From Perna viridis (lineage: Eukaryota): a DNA stretch of 64,000 nucleotides. Numbering within the stretch: the first letter of the stretch is position 1; each line of letters begins with the position of its first letter. A model generated the notes under the pieces. It saw only the letters and a program-made list of their open reading frames with translations. It made no database searches and was not told where the DNA came from. The stretch covers positions 27,156,001 through 27,220,000 of the forward strand of contig CM074518.1 of NCBI GenBank assembly GCA_037379345.1, written 5' to 3'. The position numbers were made by a program, and so were the translations under genes. Positions 27,572 through 41,200 of this stretch are shown in pieces.

Positions 27572-28900
27572 ACTCTCTTATATATTAGTTAATTATTATA
27601 AAGGACTATAAACGTCACCGAAAATATCTTAGCATTTAATTTTTGAATGGTTCAATCATTTTCGCACTCAGTACTAATAAGCATAAAATTATAAAATCTA
27701 ACAATAGAAGTAATACAGAATTATGTATACCGTTGTTTATATATTATTGACTCCCGTTAAGCATGGCGGGAAAAAGCCATTTCTTTTTACGTTTAAAATA
27801 TTTGGACAATTTTACCATAAAACAACTGTCAGTGTGTATGGTATTAGTGTCGCCTTAGACGATTACCTTGAGGACAAACTTCCGCTTCGCCAAATGTCAC
27901 GATCGAAATGAACAAACATGAAATTTTAACTGAATTAAATCATATATTTTATGTGTTTTATTTGCATGTTTTATCTTCTAATTAATAAAATATTGTACTT
28001 CTTACAGTCAATACAGTTATACATCAATTATGATTTTGCGTTCAAACTTTAACAATATTTTTAGATGCGAACTATAAACTGAAAAAAAAACCAATTGCTT
28101 TGTTTATGATATGAAACAAGCAAATACCCTTTTCGATATTACAGGTTAACTTTCTGTCAGACTGAAATCTGGCTCTCGGTGTCAAAAATTAACTTCTAAT
28201 TGATTACCGTTATACGGACTTCCTTCTCTCTGGGTACCTTTAAAAACAATCATAATATGCGTGTTCACAGTTGCGCACTTAAAACGAACAAAGTCAATTG
28301 AACCAAAATTGATCTTTGTTTTACCTATAAGAATTCCAATGATTTAAAGTGTGAAAAATTGGTGGTAATTTCTACCTAGCTTTTATCATTACCCTTTATT
28401 TGAAAAACATGATTTCTCTTTAGCCAATTGTGTAAAACTCAACCAAAATGATCATGTTTTTACCTATTAAGGTATTTTGAAACCAATTAAACCGGTACAT
28501 AATTAATGGTAAATGAAAATGTTCTTTTCTATTGATATATTTTTGCATATATATAATGCTGAATTTTTCCTCAGTGGTTTTTTTTATGTACACAAATGTT
28601 GAAAATGTACAAATCTTTCATAATTCTGAAACAAGCCATTGTCAGTTTTATTCTTGTTTTCATTTAGTGATTTTACTTGAATTTAAAATAACAACAGTTT
28701 GCAAATAGGAATGTCTTTAATATGTTTGATTAAAAAGAAAACACAAACAAAAATAAAACAAACATATCTCTTACCTAGATGTAGCTAGGGCGTTATACTT
28801 CCATATTAGCGTATGTTCTATAAGGAAATTACAAAAATACTACAATTTCCTTTTAACTATTTTAACATTTGCATTTATGGTAAATTGGTCATTCATTAAC

Positions 28901-29533
28901 GAGTAATCAAGGTAACCAAGGTTATAGCGATAATCAAAAGAATGTAATCCAGGGACAAAGACCAGACATGGAAAACAGACATACACAAGAAAGAACATGA
29001 AGTAACTAAAATCATACATACAAAGTAACAAAAGCAAATGAGCAACTCGGACTCCACTAAAAACTGGGAGCATGGACCAGGTGCACCGGTAGGTTAAGCG
29101 TCCTCTGTTCTTTTTTTTAAAAACCCGCCGAGTTGCTGATAAAAAGTCAAGTCCGAGGTAGACAAACGAGGAAAAGAAAACTAAGACCCGTTGAATAAAT
29201 CAGTTTTCATGGTGCTGATGGATACACCATAACGATCCATGAGTTCATGATGACGACCATAAAACTTCTGTAGTGATGACTTCAATCTTGTAGCAACATA
29301 ACCCTGTTCCAGAAGCCTATTTGTTAGAGTTCTAGCGCGATACAAAAAGTCTGCGTAGTTTCGGCAAAATCTGGCATAACGTATGAGTTGTGATATGAAC
29401 ACTCCATACGCAGGAGCCGAAGGGATGTCGCCACAGATGAAAGAAAAGTCGACAATTCTGAATGAAAAGTCATCATGTTTGTCGTAAAGTTTGGTCAATA
29501 GTTTTCCTTTACCATCGATTTATAAGTGTAGGT
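28901..29533 (-). mobile_element. Penelope-like element, RT C-terminus (ends TDLFNGS*) plus 3' UTR
   Basis: ORF 29181-29498 and the conserved tail. Confidence 0.92.
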
Positions 29534-29537
29534 TGAT

Positions 29538-29785
29538 AAAGGCTGTGAGGCTTTCAATTTTGAAACGCGTGAAATTTAATACACCCGATGTAGCAAATAC
29601 ATTGTCTACTATACATGACAAAAATGTTTGCCGAACCAGCAGAAAAAGCCCAAAATAAGATTGTTTTCGTCTGCAAAACAAAATGCAATGCTTATTTTCA
29701 GGGGTAGACGTAAAAAAAATAGCAATAATAAGACCTAAACTGCTACCACATTCTGCAAAGAAATTGTGGAAAACCATAAATCTAT
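29538..29785 (+). mobile_element. Penelope-like pre-RT fragment, inverted relative to the adjacent copy
   Basis: Matches the reverse complement of ~47975-48260. Confidence 0.8.
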
Positions 29786-29916
29786 CTTGTGTTGTATCTA
29801 AAAAATTGCTACTTGTTTGACGATATGAATATTTTGAATTTCGATCAGACTTAGTCTTGAAATTATGACAAGAATTACATGGGTTACAAATCACTGAAAC
29901 ATTATAATTTTGTATT

Positions 29917-30107
29917 NNNNNNNNNNNNNNNNNNNNNNNNNNNNNNNNNNNNNNNNNNNNNNNNNNNNNNNNNNNNNNNNNNNNNNNNNNNNNNNNNNNN
30001 NNNNNNNNNNNNNNNNNNNNNNNNNNNNNNNNNNNNNNNNNNNNNNNNNNNNNNNNNNNNNNNNNNNNNNNNNNNNNNNNNNNNNNNNNNNNNNNNNNNN
30101 NNNNNNN
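29917..30107. other. Assembly gap (N run)
   Basis: 191 N. Confidence 1.
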
Positions 30108-31185
30108 ATTTTTAGTCTATTGCATCTATTGCATCTTAATTCCGAATTCATATATAGTATCCTATAATGAATTTTGAATTTTACGGTCATCTTTTGTAGA
30201 AAGCCGTTAACCGAAAGAACTTTACCAGTTTTGTTACTTTCCTGAACTCCATTTTCCCAATACAGGTGAAACATGTGTTACATGGTCTGTTTGTAACAAG
30301 TAAAATTCTACTACTACATGTCTACCGACAAAATATATAAGAATTCTATAGAAAGTAAATGTGCATTTTTAGCTCCATAATTAAAAGGTATTACGTGTAA
30401 AGTATTCAGCGAACCGAGATTTCGGTTATGAATGCAATGAGGAGATTGCAAACTTTCATTTATAATTTATGTAAAACTAAGGGGAAAGATCGTCTAAATT
30501 TATTTACATGGCTATGAGAAAACCAAAAGTTTATACAATTTTAAGTATGATACTTCAATAAATCAGCAAATGTTGTGTTAATGTTCAAAACTATCCATTT
30601 AAGACTAACTTTAATGTTCACTGTAAAAAAAAAACTAGCTTATGACATTTCAGTTTGAAATCAACGTCCGATAATGTAGAATTTATTTATGCATGAGGAA
30701 CAAAAGTTATTCTTACCATTTCTGATGCAATATTGTACGTGAACAAACAATTATTTGACTTATTATGTTGTGAATTATACAGTGAGATGAACGTTTCATG
30801 CAGACGACAATTTTAACGTGTTTGAACAGACTTCCTTATTCCTTCGGGAAACCTACTTGTTAGCTCAGATTGTCGATGCCAATACTTGTACCTGATCCAG
30901 AATATTTAGATCTACATTGTTTGTTCACAAATAAGTTAGAATGTATTCTATGTCGATCTCTGCATGTAAACTAAAATGAATCCGTCTTTTAAAGACTCTA
31001 TGTACATGTAGCACTTTTTCTTACCAATTCTTAATACTAAAGTAGATTATTATGCTTAGCCAACTTTACGAGTTAATTTGTGCTAGCTATGACATTAAGC
31101 TGTAATATTTTATTTTAAAGGAACTACATTTAAATTGTTCCCATTTCATGTACTTAGAGTGCAATCTGCGTGTTGGTATTTGAAA

Positions 31186-31696
31186 TTACAATTGCTTAGT
31201 CTTCTTGATGATAGCGTGAACATCATTTTTACTACCATCATGGCTGTGTTTGTCAACCACAGTATTTTCACTCCCGTCAGTTCCAGGAGCGATCATATGA
31301 TCAATGGACACTGTATCACAACCATCGTTTAGGTGTTGTAATGATGAACCCGTGTTGTTGACTTGAGAATATGAAGATCTAGAGGACCGGTCTAAAGAGG
31401 CTAAAGATTGAACACTTTCATCCAAATTGATATCAACACAATTTGATCCTGTTACCGTCAATACTTTTGAGTTCTTATAAGCCTTTTATACTTCTTCTAT
31501 GTTTGTATTACAACAGTTTTTCTCTGGCCGAGCAGCTACTTTACAAGTGGTTATATCTGGGTTGTTCGGGTCGGAAGTGCACTTCTCAAAACTTTCCGTT
31601 GAAATATATAAGGTGTTGTATTGTAGGTCATAATCATCATTGTCATTTTGGTTTTCAGCCGTGTTTTCTGGTAATGATGGTTTTTCCAGTAGTCTA
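31186..31696 (-). CDS. Gene C exon 6, cytoplasmic tail with in-frame TAA at 31486-31488
   Basis: ORFs 31486-31740 and 31186-31461 are the same frame; both halves align to the gene A tail. Confidence 0.75.
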
Positions 31697-34600
31697 CTAA
31701 GTAAACAACATTTTTCAGTAAACTGGGTAACTGCATCCATACAATTAATTAACTTGATAATGCTTTCTCTACATTTTTACTTGTTTAAGGAATTAACCGT
31801 TCTTAATGGTATTGCTGCAATAGTTTTGATTCTACGAATTAAGCAAGATAAAGGGGAAACGTTTTTTGAACTCTTTGGTTTTTATTCTTAACCGAATAAT
31901 GATAATGCATGTACCTGTAGTACTAAACGTAAGAATGCTTATCATTACGTTTTGGGTCGATGATTATACTTGCCTAATATATCTTACTATAGATATGCCA
32001 ACCAATAATGCCATTAAAATCCCAACAGCAGCTCCTCCCACTGCTAAGTATAAAGTTTTGGATGATTCTGCAATTATAAATATGAAACTACAATGATAAA
32101 TAATGCAATAGCAACCATTCCGTGTAATGCTTATGGTATAGCCTTTCGGTGACGGATGTCGCTTCCTATTTTGATTAATTTCACGACAATCGTGATGACT
32201 TAGTTAATTAATAATACTTAATTCATTCAGAATTGTCAACCCTTCTGTCATCTGTGACAACATCCTTTCAGCACCTGTGTATGGTTTTCATATCACAACT
32301 CAAACGATACGCAAGAGCTTGCCGTAACTACGCAGACTTTTTGTGTCGCACTTGCCTTCTTACAATTATGCTTCTGGATTCTAGAAGAGGAATATGTTGC
32401 TACAAGATTGAAGTCATCACTACAGAAGTTTCATATGTCATCATGATCATGAACTCGTGGATAGTAACGGTGTACTGCACCATGAAAACTTATTTGTTCA
32501 ACGTAACATGGTTTTCCTTTTATCTTTCGTCTACCCCAGACATGACTTTTTAAGAGCAACTCGACGGGTGTTCCTAAAAAAACAGAGGACGCTTACCATA
32601 CTGGTGCATCTGGTCCATGCACCCAGTTTTTAGTGGAGTTCGAGTTGCTCATTTGCTTTTGTTACTTTGTATGTGTTATTTCAGCTACTTTATGTTTGTT
32701 TGTTTTCCATGTGTGGTCTTTGCCCACTAGAATTTTGGTTCCCTTGATTACTCCTTCATTGATGAAGAGTGATAAGAGTGATATCTACACTTAATATTAC
32801 ATGATTGTTATCACAATATTTTATTTTTTTTCATCGTTATTTATCATTATTGAAACTGTTAGTATTATAATTACTATAATTTATATGATTGGTAGTAGTA
32901 ATATAATCGAAGCAATTGTTTAGGTTTCGTTAAGTTTGTCACACTTTGCTCTAGCAATTCATATGTATGATTTCAATTTGATTGAGTTTTGTTACAACTC
33001 CTTGAAGAAATGTGATTATACATGTATTATACAGACGAAAGAGATGACCACAATAACACTTCTGTAGTGATGACTACAATCTTGTAGCGACATAACCCTG
33101 TCCCTGAAGCCTTATTGTAAGATGTCCAGCGCGATACAACACGTCTGCATTAGCAGTGGTAAACTGACAGCATAATGTGATATGAGAACTCCATATGCAG
33201 GTGTTGAATGAATGTTGCCACACATGAAAGGAAATTTGAGAGTAGGGAATGAAAAGTAATCGAGTTTGTCGTATAATTTGGTCAAAATTTCTATTTACAA
33301 AAATGTACCTTCGATCTCTAACTGCAGGTCAAGATATGAGGCTGACTGCACAGTGTCTATATTATCCTTTATCTCACGTTCGTTGGGTTAAATGCGATAT
33401 ATCGAATCTCAGAAACTAGAATTGTGTAACGACAATACGTCATCTATATAGCGGAAAATGAGATTGAAGGATCTAGCTAAACGATGTACCTTCCTTTTGA
33501 TTAGCGTAAAATATCCGCCTGATAAGAGTTCGGGAATAGGTCAGCGTTTAATTTGTGCCCATTGGAACGCCGACCGTTTGTTGAGAAGTGCCACCATCAC
33601 ACTGAACAAATATGCCGTCGGTCAAAAATTCAAACATTTTGAAAACATCTTCTCCGGAATATTTGGAAGATGATTTGGACTGAGTATCTTAGTTTTGGAA
33701 GAGGTTTGGTTGAACATTTTGTAGATTTAGCTATGTAGCGTTGTTAATACGGATGTTGAGTTTAGGAATCCAGTACATAGACGGTAGATCACAACCATTG
33801 TCTTTGGTAGAGCGACTATAAAACAATAGCACAGATTTATAGTTTGACCGAGTTAACAGAACCACCAAGGCCTTTTTGAGTAATTGGTTAAAATGTTGCA
33901 CCTGATTCAACATCATTTTCTGTTGAATGGTCTATTAAATAAGAGCGGGCCTATGCAATATGGTCAGGTACAGCAGGAATGTAATCATCGACACATATAT
34001 TAGTTTTTCTAACAATAATCTGTTGAAAGGCTAATCAAGGGAACGAAGATTATTGTGGTAATCAAAAGAATGTAACCCAGGGAAAAAGACCCGACATGGA
34101 AAACAGATATACACAACAAAGTACATAAAGTAACTATAATCATATATATACAAAGTAACAAAAGCAAATAAGCAACTCGGACACCGGGGTAGACGAAAGG
34201 GGAAATCAAAACTATGACACGTTGAACAAGTCAGTTTTCATGGTGCAGATGGATACACCATAACGATCCACGAGTTAATGTGATGACGACCATAAAACTT
34301 CGGAAGTGAAGACTTCAATCTTGTAGCAACATAACCTGTTCCAGAAGCCTATTTGTTAGAATTATAACGCGATATAAAAAGTAGTTTCGGCAAGATCTGG
34401 CATAACGTATGAGTTGTGATATGAACACTCAAAACGCAGGTGCTGAAGGGATGTTGCCACAGATGAAAGATTAGTCATCACGTTTGTCGTAAAGTTTGGT
34501 CAATAGTTATTCTTTACCATCGATTTCTAAGTGTAGGTCAAGATATGAGGCTGACTTCACAGTGTCTGTAGTATCCTTTATCTCAAGTTCGTTGGGGTAG

Positions 34601-37600
34601 ATGCGATGTATCAAATCCCCAAAATTAGGACTGTTTAAAGATAATACGTCATCTATATCGCGAAAATTGGAATTAAAGGATACAGCTAAACTATATTTTT
34701 CTTTCGGATCAGATCAGCTATAACGTCAGCCTTATAAGAGTGAAAGGAAAAGGTCATTCGAATGCCGACCGTTTGCTGAAAAACGAGTCCACCACACTAG
34801 ACAAATATGTTGTTGATTAAAAATTCCAGCATTTTGTACACATTTTCTTCTGTATATTTGGAAGATGATTTGGAATTATTTCTTACAAATGAGGAACCTC
34901 TATCAAGAACTGTATACTGGTATCTAGGTGTACCATCTTTTTTTGGAAAAACAACGATGTATAATGTTTTAAGTGAGGGGAATAGAGGCATACAGTGTTG
35001 AAAATCATAGGTTTTAATGCTATTATATTATGATCATAGTCATGAACTGATTGATTCCAAAAGATCTTTCGATTTTTTTAGGATCCACATTGAATTATTT
35101 CCACTACGGTAGTAACAAGTGTTGTAGTAGGGCTGCAGACCCTCTTTGAAAGTTGTGAGTATGGAATTTGAACGTTTTGAAAGAGTTTTGGTGGCACATT
35201 TTGCAGATCCAGCTATGTAACGTTGTTTGTATGAGTTCTTGTGGAGTTAAGGAGTCCAGTACATAGATGGTCAATCACAATCATCGTCTGTGGTAGAGAG
35301 ACCAAAAGAGACAATTTATGCTTTTCCACAATCTCTTCTTTAGAGAATGCGGTAGCAGTATAGGTCTTATCACTGCTATTATTTTCTACGTCTACCTCTG
35401 ATAATAAACATTGGGTGTCAGAGAAGACTACATTGATGCAATGGAATATAACATACCTTTATTCGAATCTTGTGCTTTATCTGTAATATGAAGGCTGGTG
35501 TTTGTAGTAATAGTAGAAAATTGAAACATGCTTGTTGTATTGTATGTTGTCTGGTTTCGAAGGTCAGTGCTAGACATCGCTGACGCACTGTTAGTTGTCG
35601 AATTGGATATCGGTTGAAGATCAGTTGTAAGAAATGAGTTCCCGTCAATTTTATGACGAAAACATTTCAAATATAGCAAGTGTCCTCCACCTATCCATGG
35701 TCAATATAATCAACTTGTTTTAAATGCAAAAAAAAAAGGAAAAGGTAATACAGCTTTATAGTACTTGTTTGTAAAAGCTTTATAACACCAATTGTGAACA
35801 ATATATTGATTGTTGAAAACGATTGCAGTATAAAACATAGGAAGATGTGGAGTATAAATTCACCTTAGAGTATTCTCTAGCGTTATATATATTTAAAGTT
35901 ACGATTGCTTTATTGTTGGGTTGTTTAGCTCAACAAATGTTATCAAATTACTGAAGAGCAGTGTGTAGACAGATATTTGTTTTCAAATGCACGCCTAAAG
36001 TAGGTCATACCTAATATTTCTAGTAGGTAGATTTTTGTCAAAGTTTTCCCTGAATAAAATACTTCAGAATGCTAATGTAAAAAAAAAAATAGATCACACA
36101 CTTAATTTTTAGATAATTGAGCATCATTTAAGGCAATATTTTACTACAATTTATATGAATTCTGTAGGATTTTTTTTTTCTCAATATTTTACAACCTTCT
36201 AAAAACACGTGTTCAGAATTTGTTTTAACTTCACATAAAGTACACTTAACAGACATTGTTTCATGTTTCAAACCCCCAAAATGAGGGCCCCTGAACTCTT
36301 TTCCTAAGAATATTAAAAAAAACTCAAATACCCAATACATTTCAAAAGAAATTTTCCCGCCAATCATCTCCTTTGAAAGAATTTTTCCGCCAATTCTTCC
36401 CCTGGAAAATTTTTTTAGAATAATAATTTGTCCATGCTATTGTTTTATGTCACAAAATCATTTAAAATAATCTGAACATATTATTTTTATCAATTTTAAA
36501 ACTATAAGTTTAAATAAAATGTATACTTTGGTATGATCTTGCAAGGTAACCGAAATAAATGCTCCGTGTAAAAAGTGTTATCTACCTTAATCATCTAATA
36601 TACAAACCTGAAAATAGTTTAAAGCAATATCTCGTATCTGCTTCTTTCACATTTTTTAGTAACATGATGTTAACATTTGTAGAAACACTGGTATTGATTG
36701 GAAGAAAACCACCTATTTGACATGACTGTTTTCTTGATTCGTATAAGGGTTGACTAAACATAATACTGCTTCCACAATTGTTTATGTTCTGTATCGGTGA
36801 GGTGATGAATCCACTATCTTGATAGGTAAGTTTTCTTTCTTTTTCATTGATAGAAAAGACTGTACACGTACAGTTTTGCACTTTAGACAATGTGTGTGCA
36901 TAATATCCATCCAATACCAGTGGGTTTCCTTGGACTGTTATATCCTTACAAAAGGTCACAACTGTTTAGAAAACAATCACATGATGATTATATGACAAAA
37001 GATTAGGCGTTTTTAAAATGATGTCCATAATTTGAGTTTCAGACTCCACCAACGTCGATAGTTAAATAAAAGACATGCTACTGAGACGACAAACGATAAC
37101 GCAAAACAAAAATCCTTATATGCGTCCTGATACTATACTATAGCCACCATTCAAAGTTTTTATTTGAGTATGAAATCAAAAGAAATCATTGGTAAAGCGA
37201 TTTAAAGTAGAAATCTCTCAGTCTAAGGATAAAGAAACCCCTTTTTTTGGAAAGGAAAACACAAACGAATACCATCCATATTATATCACAAGCTAGAGAC
37301 CTTCTCTTTGTGTCTTAAATGAATTATCTAAATAACTATTTGACATGCGCGAATCAGTTTTACTGTAAATTTCGAATGGTCAAAATCCTGTGTCATCGTA
37401 TACTTACATCTACTTATTTCATTTTAATTCGGCCACGATTCTGTTACCAAACGACCAGTGTTTATAAACGATCTGACCATGAACCTTGTTAACTGCCAAC
37501 ATGCAGGTAAATGTTGCTACTAACTGTTTGTTTAATTTCGTTTTTAAAGGAAATTACACATTTCATTTGTCAAAAGATAATTAGGGGCAATTACCTTCGA

Positions 37601-38095
37601 GTAAAACGTTGAGACAGTAGTGCCCGCTATGTTGTTTTCCATAAAGTTCGATTTGTTTGATAGTTTTGTTTGTTTCTTTTTCCTTTTTTATTTTTCGTTT
37701 TTTGTTTTTCTTTAATTTGTGCATATGTAGTCAGATGTACTTTTGAAAGTGTTCTGAATTATCATAGATCGTTCTGTTGTTACCATGTGTTAGATAAATA
37801 CATGTAGCGTAATCAGCAGATGAATATACTGAAACAAAGGTAATGAGTCTGTAAACAATTATTTGAATGAGAGAGTAGAATTCGTTATTATATCTTTTGT
37901 TTATAATCTACAAATAATTATAACATATACAATTATCTATAATATGTCTTGGTATAAATGGATTGTTTTCAAAATTAATTGAACAGATAGAAGCTTATAT
38001 CAAAAATTGAAAATTATCATAAACAATTTACGAACCTGGAAGAGATTTGCTCGCTGCACCATCAGAACAAAGAGTACATTCAGCAACGAATAATC
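31186..38095 (-). CDS. Gene C: receptor-family member. Exons 38095-38036, 36961-36608, 35690-35457, 32067-31974, 31696-31186; premature TAA at 31486-31488 shortens the tail
   Basis: Exons 2-5 are open with consistent phases (60, 354, 234, 94 nt). The tail frame continues past the TAA with homology to the gene A tail. Confidence 0.75.
31974..32067 (-). CDS. Gene C exon 5, TM helix (LYLAVGGAAVGILMALLVGISIVRYI), GC donor
   Basis: ttgcag acceptor; AG|GCAAGT donor gives exactly 94 nt and phase 2, as in paralogs. Confidence 0.8.
32185..32753 (+). mobile_element. Penelope-like 3' fragment in gene C intron 4
   Basis: ISQLKRYARACRNYADF; shared terminus. Confidence 0.88.
33045..33845 (-). mobile_element. 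Older Penelope-like RT fragments in gene C intron 4
   Basis: DLPSMYWIPKL, FRYIDDVLSL, ASYLDL. Confidence 0.8.
34030..35418 (-). mobile_element. Penelope-like element copy in gene C intron 4, with internal deletions
   Basis: Collinear with 46570-48385; ends at the shared terminus CCCTTGATTA. Confidence 0.9.
35457..35690 (-). CDS. Gene C exon 4: LKC (8th Cys) plus Ser/Thr-rich mucin-like stalk
   Basis: 234 nt phase 1-1, G|GTATGT donor; peptide ISNSTTNSASAMSSTDLRNQTTYNTTS. Confidence 0.8.
36608..36961 (-). CDS. Gene C exon 3, Cys-rich domain
   Basis: ctaaacag acceptor, G|GTTTGT donor, 354 nt; FC, LDG, CTC, CGS, SC, LPI, DTRYCF conserved. Confidence 0.9.
38036..38095 (-). CDS. Gene C exon 2 (GLFVAECTLCSDGAASKSLP)
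   Basis: tttttag acceptor, G|GTTCGT donor, 60 nt phase 1-1. Confidence 0.75.
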
Positions 38096-38116
38096 CTAAA
38101 AACCGAATACGTAAAC

Positions 38117-38228
38117 ATGAAAATGTCATTATCAAGTGATTCACGTGTATACAATGAAAATGTCATTATCAAGTGATTCACGTGTATACAATGAAAATGT
38201 CATTATCACGTGATTCACGTGTATACAA
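38117..38228. repeat. 37-bp tandem repeat x3 containing CACGTG
   Basis: Unit atgaaaatgtcattatcaagtgattcacgtgtataca at 38117, 38154, 38191. Confidence 0.95.
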
Positions 38229-41200
38229 TTTTGATTTTGATTACGTTTGAAAATTATCCGTACATGGTATGAACGCGAACAACAGAAAAGAAAGACGATC
38301 TACATAACAAATGTAATAAACCGAATACGATAAATTTCATATAGAACTAAAGGTAAGGAAAACAATACCAAATTACTCAAACTCAAACATATAAACTCCT
38401 TCAAAAATAACGGGATTGACATCGGAAGTTTAGGCATGTCCTGTCTCATCTTGCGAATAAGTATAATCCAGTAATAGTCTAACAAAGATAATACAGCTCC
38501 TTGACACGAGTTATAAAGGGAACTCATGGCTATCAGACACATGAAGGTATTTTTCTGAAACGTTATCTTCGATAATACATTTTTATTTGTTTGGATAGCG
38601 AAACTGATAAATCTTTTCGAAACGGACAAATCTATCTTTTTATTACTTCTGCGACATTTCTTTTTTCAGGGAATACTTTTAGGGATATCAAAATCAATGT
38701 TACCTCTTAGCCTGACACCGTTTGGCGTACTCGCTAATAAGAATATTAAGTTCCCTAATAGTATGTGACAAAAATGCGATCAGGTATCGATTTAAGCATA
38801 CAAATAAATAATGTATGCAAAATTATGTTAAAATTAAAAAAAAATCATTTTTTTTCTTGTTTATAAAAAAGTAAGAGAAAATACTATAGTCATAGTTTCC
38901 TATGACATATAAACCAAATAAATACCTTACACACCAGGCAATATTATGTAAATGACTCATACTTTCAAAGACAATATGTAATAATAATGACAAACAACGG
39001 ATGATCAAATTTTGAAGAGTGTTGTTGTTTCGAAACATTTTCTTTATTAACCAATTAAATACAATTTTAATAGAATGAATATGATGGCATAAAATAGGCT
39101 AGTGATTATATAGTGCCATAAAAATCGTGTCATTCAAATGCGCACCTATGGATATGTAAAAATGAAAACAAAACAAAAAAAACTCACTATGGATTTTCTG
39201 AAGTTTTATATCGTGCTTGCAATCAATTCCACTTTCGTTAAAAAGTCAAAGAACCAAATATTTTATTTCATCGATTTGAAGTCTTCATAACATGTTCCAT
39301 TGAACACTTGTGAATCTGACCTTTAATTAATAGGAGGATTGTGTGGAGGCCATGTAAAATTGGCGATCATATTAAATAATCAAAACCATCCAATACAGCT
39401 GTCGTGGGTGGCTCTGTTCTAAGGTTTGTAAAGCTATTTTTAGTCGTTTTTCTTTATTTCAGGGTAAACATAAATAATTTACAAAGTTCAACCAACATTG
39501 CGGTTGCTGTCGTTACTATTCTAACACATAACATATCGATCCACTTTTGCAAAACATCATAGAACATATAAAACTGGACCTGTCGACCATTTTTTTTAAA
39601 TTCCAGACCAGCTAGGTTTCTTAAATTTTGCAGTGCCCTGTATTCGAACTAAGTGTTCATACTTTCCCGTGTAAATCTTCAGAGTAATGCCAACTTTCGA
39701 AAACGTTTCATTAAAATCCTCCGTTCGTTTCCGAGAAAACATGTGAGCACCTTCACTGATAAGAGTATTACTTGCACAGATGAAACAATGAAGAACTATA
39801 TGTCCCGACACTTTGTTTTCGGGGACTTGATTAAACGGACGGGGCCAATCACTGAATCTTACACTGGTCATATGTATTGGAAATAGATCGAAAAATTAAA
39901 TTAGATTGGCTAATATGTTCAGCGCTTTATTTGAATACATATCCTTACAAACAAAAATAGAAAACCTCCCTTACCCCATGTTAATGTTTAGTCAATGGAA
40001 TTGCACTTAAATATAGACATACAAATAACACTAAATCACACATAATAAATGTGAAGTTCCACAAGGACAATAAATGCAATGAACCATTCGATTCGCTGGA
40101 ATTGGAAAGTCTTTTAATCATTTTTTTTTTCATTTTTTTTGTTTTGTTTCGTTTTGTTTTTGTTTTTGTTTTTGTTTTTTTTGAAAAAAATATCAAGTAA
40201 TTTCTATAACTGAAATGTTGCAGGAATACAATGACCAATATCATAATTCAATATGTGAAGAAATCTGAATTCAAAAATAGCTATACTCGACGTCACATAT
40301 AGCACATTTTCGAATTGAAGCTCTACTTTTTAAACCGTCGGGACTTACCGCTAGATATGTCACTCTTTTATTTAATCAGAAGATAGTTCGCATATATGCA
40401 TGATGTGTTAGTACCAACGAGTCGCTTATTGGCTTAAATCGTGCGTAAAAAAATCCTTACGGGAAAATCCGCCATGTTGGTTTCTACGGGACGATTTGTT
40501 TACAAACGAAGTTCGTAAGTTCCCGTCGAACTCCGGTGACAATCGTCTGCTTGATCAATTTCTCAGTATTGTACGTTGTTCGCATAAAATAAATCGGAGA
40601 TATCCGAACTAACCCCGAAAGGCATTCTGGGTTCTTCGTTTTTTGGACAAGCCATTTAAACGTAAACAACATCTCCTAGCAACCCGATCACTGTAAACAT
40701 GGCCGACTTTTGACAATGTAAATATTGGGACCGAGAATTAAAATCGCACCAGAATTTAACGATTCAATGTATAGGGAGAATCCGTTTGGCTAAACGAATG
40801 AGCAAGTCAATTAAGACAATTTAGACGACGGTAGATGTAAAAAATGTCGTAGAAAATATTTTTATTCAAATTTTAACAGTATTTTATTATGTGACGCCGA
40901 GTATAATTATCATTATCTTGTATTTTTTGTAAATAACGGAAAAAGAAACAAGACATTATGCGGTAATGTGGTATCAGAGTAATATGTTATAATACCGACA
41001 TTTTTTGTCGTATTAATCACCATCCGATGAAAGGTTGTAATCTATGACAGATTACATTAGTCAGTACATATACTATAGTCGAACATCATTTTACTAGAGT
41101 GAGATACACAATATCATAAACAATTACACTCACGTAATTCACATGCCTGAATCAACGTGAAGCATAACATACTTAAATAGTACTTGATTCGTCCATTAAA

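Noticed and set aside
29879-30274. ORFs spanning N runs (also 42729-43077)
   Set aside because: Artefacts of assembly gaps.
38117-38228. 37-bp repeats as a CRISPR-like array
   Set aside because: No spacers; a simple tandem repeat in eukaryotic DNA.
38300-38629. Hydrophobic ORF as alternative exon 1 of gene C
   Set aside because: Weak donor (GTATTC) and no resemblance to paralog exons; cannot be excluded without RNA data.
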